Positions 57,820 to 64,000 of a DNA stretch of 64,000 bases are shown piece by piece. The notes beneath the pieces were generated by a model, which was not told the DNA's origin, did no database searches, and saw nothing but the letters and a program-made list of their open reading frames with translations. The DNA comes from a bacterium (GTDB lineage: Bacteria; SZUA-182; DTGQ01; JAFGSM01), in the NCBI GenBank assembly GCA_049472335.1, contig JBLIRO010000007.1, forward strand, positions 13,244 through 77,243, in the 5' to 3' direction. Positions within the stretch are counted from its first letter, which is position 1. Every line of letters starts with the position of its first letter. A program made the position numbers and the translations under genes.

Positions 57820-59182
57820 ATTCAAAGACTAGTTCAATTGCTTCTTTAACAGTATCTGCATATATGACCTTCAGCCCTTTTTGTCCTCCTGTCCCATCTG
57901 ATTTATTGGCAGAAGGGAGAAGACAAACACGGAATCCTCTTTTACATGCCTCCTTCTCTCTCAAAGCAGATTGGTATATCGGCCTGATCTCTCCGGTAAG
58001 GCCAACCTCCCCGATAACTGTCAGGTCAGGGGGTAATGGATAATCCTTTAAACTGGAATAAATAGCCAATATTATCCCCAGATCCACGGCAGGTTCATCG
58101 AGCTTCAGTCCGCCAACCACATTCAGATAGATATCCTTGTCTTGCAGGTATAATCCCAGTCTCTTTTCAAGAACGGCGATCAAAAGGGCAGCCCTGTTCG
58201 GATCTAAACCATTACAAGTCCTCCGGGCCATACCAATAGTACCGGGTGAAACCAGGGCCTGCATTTCAACCAGGATTGGCCTTGTTCCTTCCAGACTGCA
58301 AACTATAACCGAGCCGGCATACGGCTCCTGATGGGTGTTGAGAAAAAGCTTGGAAGGCTCGGTCACCTCAATAAGACCCTGGCCGGTCATTTCGAAAAGA
58401 CCTATCTCATTTGTCGGCCCGAACCGGTTCTTGACACTTCTTAGTATACGAAAGGTATGGTGACGGTCACCCTCAAGCCCTAAAACCGTATCTACAATAT
58501 GTTCCAGGACCCTTGGCCCGGCAATAGATCCGGTTTTAGTTACATGTCCTACTAAAAAAGTGGCTATATTTTTCTGCTTGGACAGGTACATCCATTGAGT
58601 TGCCAGTTCCTTGATCTGGCTCAGGCTGCCCGGAGGGCTTTCAATACGGTCCGTATAGGTCGTCTGAATAGAGTCAAGGATTATTACCTGGGGTTTTAAG
58701 GTATCAATATAGTTCATCATTTGCTCGAGGCGGGTACCCGTATAGATATGCAGATTTGCTGAAGAAAGCCCCAATCTGTCTGAGCGGATCTTTATCTGCC
58801 TTGCAGATTCTTCACCTGAGATATACAGAACTGTTTTCTGTCTGGCTAATTTGTCGGATATTTGCAGAAGAAGCGTTGACTTACCTATACCCGGATCTCC
58901 GTATACCAGGACAACAGAACCCCTTACAAGGCCGCCGCCCAACACCCGATCCCATTCGGGTATCCCTATGCCGATCCGCTCCCCCTCTTCGTCCTCCAAC
59001 TGGGGCAGAGGAATAGGAGGAACATCGAAGGGGACATCTCCGACGGAAAAACCAGCAAGCACCCTGTTATTCTTAACAGAAGGAACCTCCAGTAATGAAT
59101 TCCACTCCCCGCATTCCGGACAGCGGCCCATCCATTTCAATGATCTGAATCCACATGTCTGACAAACAAAGGACTGAGCCAT
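57788..59182 (-). CDS. radA: DNA repair protein RadA
   Basis: 464 aa with an N-terminal zinc finger (CQTCGF...CPECGEW), Walker A (GDPGIGKST), a KNRFG motif and a Lon-like C-terminal domain. The last 10 codons lie inside the MITE. Confidence 0.95.
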   Translation of the reverse strand: MAQSFVCQTCGFRSLKWMGRCPECGEWNSLLEVPSVKNNRVLAGFSVGDVPFDVPPIPLPQLEDEEGERIGIGIPEWDRVLGGGLVRGSVVLVYGDPGIGKSTLLLQISDKLARQKTVLYISGEESARQIKIRSDRLGLSSANLHIYTGTRLEQMMNYIDTLKPQVIILDSIQTTYTDRIESPPGSLSQIKELATQWMYLSKQKNIATFLVGHVTKTGSIAGPRVLEHIVDTVLGLEGDRHHTFRILRSVKNRFGPTNEIGLFEMTGQGLIEVTEPSKLFLNTHQEPYAGSVIVCSLEGTRPILVEMQALVSPGTIGMARRTCNGLDPNRAALLIAVLEKRLGLYLQDKDIYLNVVGGLKLDEPAVDLGIILAIYSSLKDYPLPPDLTVIGEVGLTGEIRPIYQSALREKEACKRGFRVCLLPSANKSDGTGGQKGLKVIYADTVKEAIELVFESGYRQSHQKA

Positions 59183-59186
59183 AATA

Positions 59187-60698
59187 TCAAAGCCCTGGCA
59201 ATGGGAGCTTGCTCAATAGGTATTTCAGGTCCTTATCCTCAAAAGTGAATCCAGCACCCGCAAAGAAACTCTGGTTTTGTGAATTAACGGCATCATCCCA
59301 GCCTATATTAATGATAAAGTGCCTCTTTAATATAGCCCTGGCAAAAAGTTTAAGATGGGGCTTTGTCTCACCAAGGTCCCAGCCCTCAATCCCGAAAAGG
59401 AGGTTATCTTTGAAAGGATAATAGTCGATCCCAACACCCCCTGTTGATTCCATTAGTCCGCCCCGAAGAAAAAAAGGTCCAAATTGTTTAGCTATTAGAA
59501 GATTAAACAAAAGAGGATCTTCCTCGGTTTCTATTTCTACGGCCTTTTCTTCCCCCCCCTCTATAACCGTTCGTTTAGAAGTGACTTTCTCTTTGAAGTC
59601 ATCTATTACCTCAAGCAAATAGTATTTCCCTTCACGAGGCTGAAACTTCAGGGAAAAATAGGATTTGGATTTTTCAAACTCGGTCAGATATTCCGATCTA
59701 AATCCAAGATGCAGACTAAAGGCTTCCGCTTTACTTAACATAGAATTTATATTGTCTAAAGAACCGGAGAAATCCTCATACAGCTTATCCTCGGTAAGTA
59801 ATTTACCCATTGTGCCTTCTCCCCTGTTCAATCTTTCAGCAACTTCGCTCAACTGCTGAAGAGTAAAATCCAGTCTGCCGGAGGCATCGGCGAAGCCCTT
59901 CAGGGTCGCGCCTATTCCATAGCCATTGGGGTCCACCAAATCTCTTAAAGACTCCGTCGTTTTCGATATATCCTGCATCATATCCGGACCATATGTAGCA
60001 AGGTCCGAAGAAAATCTGCCAAAGTCATCTATAATGCCTGCCAATTGCTCCTTATTATCAAACATCAATTTGTTCAGCTCTTCAGAAAAATCAGCTAGAT
60101 TATTTACTAACCTGTTAAAATCCTTCTGGTTCTGAACAACCATACTATTTATACCGGTTGTCATTTGCTCCATATTTTCCATTATCTGATTCAATCTTGC
60201 CTGCCCTTCCTGAGTACCAAAAACTCCACTTAGAGACCGGGCAATGGATATAAGCTCCTCCGCCAAAGTCCCTAAATGTTGAGCCATGTCATCCACATCC
60301 TTCGTTTCAATGGCTTTAGTTATTCGATCCCCATTCTTTAAGAGAGAAAGGCTTTCGGATCCAGGTTCAATTTCTATATATTTTTCCCCCATTAGGCCCA
60401 GAGAACGTATCCATGCAATTGCATCTTCCCTTATCTCGATTCCATCTTTTATCCACAGGGTCAATTCCGGATATCCACGAATAAGAACTACATCTTTTAC
60501 ATAACCAGCATCCACACCACTGACTTTGACCCTTGCCTTCAAATCCAATCCTGCAATAGAGTTAAATTTAACCTTAAGTTGATATCCATCCTCTTTATTA
60601 AAAGAAAACTTTCCGACACGAAAAGTTAAAAAGGCAAGGATGAATATGGACAAAAGGACCAAAAGCCCTACCTTGGCCTCAGTGGATATCCCTTTCAC
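59187..60698 (-). CDS. MlaD/MCE-domain protein with a long helical and C-terminal extension
   Basis: It has an N-terminal TM anchor and an MCE domain (SIAGLDLKARVKVSGVDAGYV). It sits downstream of mlaE and mlaF. Confidence 0.8.
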   Translation of the reverse strand: MKGISTEAKVGLLVLLSIFILAFLTFRVGKFSFNKEDGYQLKVKFNSIAGLDLKARVKVSGVDAGYVKDVVLIRGYPELTLWIKDGIEIREDAIAWIRSLGLMGEKYIEIEPGSESLSLLKNGDRITKAIETKDVDDMAQHLGTLAEELISIARSLSGVFGTQEGQARLNQIMENMEQMTTGINSMVVQNQKDFNRLVNNLADFSEELNKLMFDNKEQLAGIIDDFGRFSSDLATYGPDMMQDISKTTESLRDLVDPNGYGIGATLKGFADASGRLDFTLQQLSEVAERLNRGEGTMGKLLTEDKLYEDFSGSLDNINSMLSKAEAFSLHLGFRSEYLTEFEKSKSYFSLKFQPREGKYYLLEVIDDFKEKVTSKRTVIEGGEEKAVEIETEEDPLLFNLLIAKQFGPFFLRGGLMESTGGVGIDYYPFKDNLLFGIEGWDLGETKPHLKLFARAILKRHFIINIGWDDAVNSQNQSFFAGAGFTFEDKDLKYLLSKLPLPGL

Positions 60699-60712
60699 AA
60701 AACCCTCCTTTT

Positions 60713-61474
60713 CTATCTATGACGATTCGTAATCGGTCCCTTGGCGCTTCCGGTAATAAATTGAAAAACAATTGGATTTTTGGTTTGTTGAATTTCATCC
60801 GGTGTTCCTACTTGTATAATCCTGCCTTCAAATAGCATTGCTATTCGATCGGCAATCTTATAAGCGCTTTTCATATCATGCGTAATAGCAAGAGATGTGA
60901 TATTGAGTCTCTCTCTCATACTTAAAATCAATTCATTGATTACATCTGCCATGATTGGGTCGAGCCCTGTAGTGGGTTCATCATAAAGCAGTATTTCAGG
61001 TTCCATGGCGATAGCCCTGGCAAGTGACACCCGCTTTTTCATACCTCCACTCAATTCCGATGGCCTCAAGTCTTCTATACCTTTCAGCCCAACCATTTGA
61101 AGCTTTTCTGCCACTTTCTCGCGAATCTTTTCCTTTGAGAGTTTGGTATGCTGAAGCAGACTAAAGCCGACGTTTTCCCATACATAGAGAGAATCAAAGA
61201 GGGCGCCGGCCTGAAATAGCATACCGAATTTCTTTCGAAAATCATTGAGTTCTCTTCCCCTCATATCACTTATGTACTTTCCTTCAATCCGAACCCTACC
61301 CTTATCGGGTTTTAGCAGCCCAATTACATGCTTCATCAACACGCTTTTCCCACTTCCGCTTCCACCAATAACAACCATGGACTCACCCTGAAAAATCTTT
61401 AGATTAACCCCTCTTAAAACATAGTTTGAGTTGAAGGATTTATGCACATCTATCAACTCGATAAAGGAATCCAT
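60713..61474 (-). CDS. mlaF: ABC transporter ATP-binding protein, MlaF-like
   Basis: Walker A is GGSGSGKS, the signature is LSGGMKKR and Walker B is LLYDEPT. Confidence 0.9.
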   Translation of the reverse strand: MDSFIELIDVHKSFNSNYVLRGVNLKIFQGESMVVIGGSGSGKSVLMKHVIGLLKPDKGRVRIEGKYISDMRGRELNDFRKKFGMLFQAGALFDSLYVWENVGFSLLQHTKLSKEKIREKVAEKLQMVGLKGIEDLRPSELSGGMKKRVSLARAIAMEPEILLYDEPTTGLDPIMADVINELILSMRERLNITSLAITHDMKSAYKIADRIAMLFEGRIIQVGTPDEIQQTKNPIVFQFITGSAKGPITNRHR

Positions 61475-61492
61475 AAAAACCCCGGTTTAAAA

Positions 61493-62278
61493 TTAAAAGA
61501 GCAATGCAGTCAATATATAGTCAGATATTAAAATCAACATAGAGGAAAGCACAACAGATCCTGTTGTTGCTTTCCCTACTCCCTCGGCGCCTCCCTCTGT
61601 AGATAATCCTTTATGACATCCGATAGTGGAAATGATCAAACCAAAGCAGCTCGATTTGAACAGGCCGATATATATGTCTTTCCATTCCATAAAATCAAAG
61701 GTGCGACGAATATAGATAATCGGGTTTGCATGCAACATCTTAACACCCACAAAATATCCCCCGGCAATACCAATAAAGTCTGCCAGCACCGTCAAAATTG
61801 GGAGCATAATAATCCCTGCTAAAATCCTGGGTACAATCAAATAGGGTATAGGATCTACAGCCAGAGTATATAATGCATCAACTTGTTCTGTGACCTTCAT
61901 AGTCCCTAATTCAGCAGCCATTTCCGATCCGGCTCTGCCAGCCACAATAAGACCTGTTAAAACCGGACCTAGTTCTCTTACCATGGATAAGGCCACCACT
62001 GTCCCTACCATAGTTTCAGCATTAAATCGTTTAAAACCTATATAGCTTTGAAGGGCCAGCACCATTCCAGTGAAAGTGGCTGTAATCAGAGTAACAGGAA
62101 CAGAATTAACACCGACCTCTTCCATTTGCTTTAAAGTTGCCTTCCATTTGAGGGGCGGGCGAAAAAGCCATATAATTGCTTGCACCATCAATAAAAGGAT
62201 CTTCCCGGCTTCTTCCAGATAGTAATAAAAGAATCTTCCCAGATTTTCAAATAATGATTCGTCTTTTTTTTTATTCAT
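61493..62278 (-). CDS. mlaE: ABC transporter permease, MlaE-like
   Basis: A multi-TM permease. The start is taken at MNKKKDES to avoid overlapping the alr 3' end. Confidence 0.85.
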   Translation of the reverse strand: MNKKKDESLFENLGRFFYYYLEEAGKILLLMVQAIIWLFRPPLKWKATLKQMEEVGVNSVPVTLITATFTGMVLALQSYIGFKRFNAETMVGTVVALSMVRELGPVLTGLIVAGRAGSEMAAELGTMKVTEQVDALYTLAVDPIPYLIVPRILAGIIMLPILTVLADFIGIAGGYFVGVKMLHANPIIYIRRTFDFMEWKDIYIGLFKSSCFGLIISTIGCHKGLSTEGGAEGVGKATTGSVVLSSMLILISDYILTALLF

Positions 62279-62295
62279 CCGAACGGATACACCTT

Positions 62296-63411
62296 TTACT
62301 GATAAATCCTGGGCACTCTTGGTCCGATAGCACAAAGAATTTCATATGGTATGGTGCCCTGCCAGGAAGCCCAATCATGAGCTGTAATACTTTCCTCTCC
62401 ATGTGAACCTATAAGCACCACTTCATCACCCACCCTGATCCCTTCAAGTCCGGTTATATCTATAAGCGCCATATCCATACATATGGTACCTACTACCGGA
62501 ACCTTCACGCCCCGGATCAGTACATGAATCCTGCCAGACATGCACCGGGCGAGTCCGTCACTATAGCCAATGGGAATAACTGCAATTGTTTTATCTGACT
62601 GACAGATGTATGAACGGCCATAACTGAGGCTGCTGCCCTTTGACGCATTCTTTATATGTATAATTCTTGTTTTAAGGCTTAATATGGGGCAAATAGGCAA
62701 TTTTTTTTGTAATTCCGGTACAGGAGCAAGGCCGTAAAGCATTATTCCAACCCTTACCATATCAAAATAGGTCTCCGGGTGTTGAATTACAGCAGCGCTA
62801 TTTCCCATATGAAGTATAGGCAAAGGGCTGAAATGGCTTGAGACAGATTCAACAAGTTGCCTGAACCGGCTTGTCTGATAATGCGTATAGCTATGGTCTG
62901 ATTCTTCAGATGTACTTAAATGTGTAAAAATCCCTTCGATGGTAACATTGGGTAAAGAGCAAATACTTACTATAGCCTCTACTGCGTTTTCAAACCGAAA
63001 GCCCAGACGTCCCATACCAGTATCTATCTTTATATGGATTTTTACATTACGCTTCATTCTGAAAGCCATATCGGAAAGGGCCCGTATCGTGTCCATATCC
63101 GATATGGCCAAGATGAGGTCTGATTCAATGGCTATCTCTATCTGTTCAGGCAATGTACCTGCCATAACTAAAATGGGAAGACTTATCCCAACCTTTCTTA
63201 AAGCCACCCCTTCTTCTGTGTATGCTACCCCAAGCATGTCAACCCCCATCTTTTGGAGATAATTAGACACTTTCAGGGCGCCATGCCCATAGGCATTAGC
63301 CTTAACCACAGCCAGCAAGCGTCTTCCTTGGCCTATCCTATCCCTGATTACTTTCAGATTATGACTTAAGGCTGCAATATCTATGACCGCTCTGGTGGGG
63401 TGATCTGTCAT
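62296..63411 (-). CDS. alr: alanine racemase
   Basis: 371 aa with the PLP-lysine motif (AVVKANAYGHG). Confidence 0.93.
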   Translation of the reverse strand: MTDHPTRAVIDIAALSHNLKVIRDRIGQGRRLLAVVKANAYGHGALKVSNYLQKMGVDMLGVAYTEEGVALRKVGISLPILVMAGTLPEQIEIAIESDLILAISDMDTIRALSDMAFRMKRNVKIHIKIDTGMGRLGFRFENAVEAIVSICSLPNVTIEGIFTHLSTSEESDHSYTHYQTSRFRQLVESVSSHFSPLPILHMGNSAAVIQHPETYFDMVRVGIMLYGLAPVPELQKKLPICPILSLKTRIIHIKNASKGSSLSYGRSYICQSDKTIAVIPIGYSDGLARCMSGRIHVLIRGVKVPVVGTICMDMALIDITGLEGIRVGDEVVLIGSHGEESITAHDWASWQGTIPYEILCAIGPRVPRIYQ

Positions 63412-63649
63412 CCTTTTCCCGTCAAATCAAGATCCAAACCCATTTTAGTATAGTTTAAAAATTATTAAATTTCAGTTTTTTAAAATGAAAATCATTATTT
63501 TTAAAATAGCCGATATCCATGAATTCTGATGAAATATAATAACCCTAAATCACTATATTATCAAATTAGCAACTATTCTGATTCAACTCTAGGGATTTGA
63601 AACTCCAGACACTTAATATAATAAACACTTTCTTGGTTTTGTCTTTGAT

Positions 63650-64000
63650 TTATTGGATATCTTCTTGAGAAAGGTTTTCAAAACGAGTATATTCCTTAAG
63701 AAACGCCAGCTTGATAGTGCCAATTGGTCCGTTCCTCTGTTTTCCGATAATGATCTCCGCAATGCCGGCATTTTCGCTATCAGGATTATAGACTTCGGGC
63801 CTGAATATAAAAGCGATCAGATCCCCATCCTGCTCAATTGCACCTGACTCTCTTAAGTCGGAAAGAATAGGACGTCGTTCGGTCCTTGACTCCACTGCCC
63901 TACTTAACTGAGAAAGCGCGATCAAGGGGCAATCCAATTCCTTGGCAAGGCCCTTGAGTGAACGTGATATTTCGGATATTTCCTGCTGGCGGTTCTCAAT
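63650..64000 (-). CDS. dnaB: replicative DNA helicase DnaB, C-terminal part; the 5' end lies beyond the window
   Basis: It reads [11 protein letters not shown]...[22 protein letters not shown]...Y...[11 protein letters not shown], and the frame stays open to the window edge. Confidence 0.9.
   Translation of the reverse strand: MENRQQEISEISRSLKGLAKELDCPLIALSQLSRAVESRTERRPILSDLRESGAIEQDGDLIAFIFRPEVYNPDSENAGIAEIIIGKQRNGPIGTIKLAFLKEYTRFENLSQEDIQ

Overview
64-kb window from a diderm (Gram-negative-type) bacterium, moderately AT-rich. A weak guess from gene content (Mla, ExbBD/TonB, CarD, MEP pathway, c-type cytochrome) is an uncultured Desulfobacterota/Nitrospirota-like anaerobe. Most of the window is housekeeping on the minus strand: purF-purL-purQ-purS, purC-purB, dut, an M16 peptidase, pnp, rpsO, queD, ispG, tsaE, an exbB/exbD/tonB-like cluster with two large TPR proteins, rlmB, cysS, ispF-ispD, carD, radA, mlaDFE, alr and dnaB. 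Three regions look accessory. (1) About 15.3 kb (4564-19855) splits an otherwise Bacillus-like purB-C-S-Q-L-F gene order. It carries an MBL-fold hydrolase, a SprT/DUF2786 protein, a REC-class III nucleotide cyclase, a 2313-aa metallophosphoesterase/P-loop ATPase/28x42-aa repeat protein, a MNT-HEPN pair, a RelE-type TA pair and a duplicated orphan antitoxin. The giant protein is my top candidate for an undescribed NLR/Avs-like system. (2) An AT-rich envelope cluster (28.8-34.9 kb) holds a signal-peptide caspase-like protease flanked by a lipoprotein, two LPP20-like proteins (one with DUF4384) and a small beta-barrel OMP. (3) A tRNA-Ala-adjacent islet (45.5-48.3 kb) holds a second MNT-HEPN pair and a transposase-like remnant. 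Other notable items are a 150-bp MITE with target-site duplication that rewrites the RadA C-terminus, a secreted Tyr/Gly/Ser low-complexity repeat protein behind a sigma-54-type promoter, REP-like palindromes and a decayed DUF4338-like pseudogene. No CRISPR array or rRNA was seen. All domain calls come from reading motifs by eye; no database search was run.
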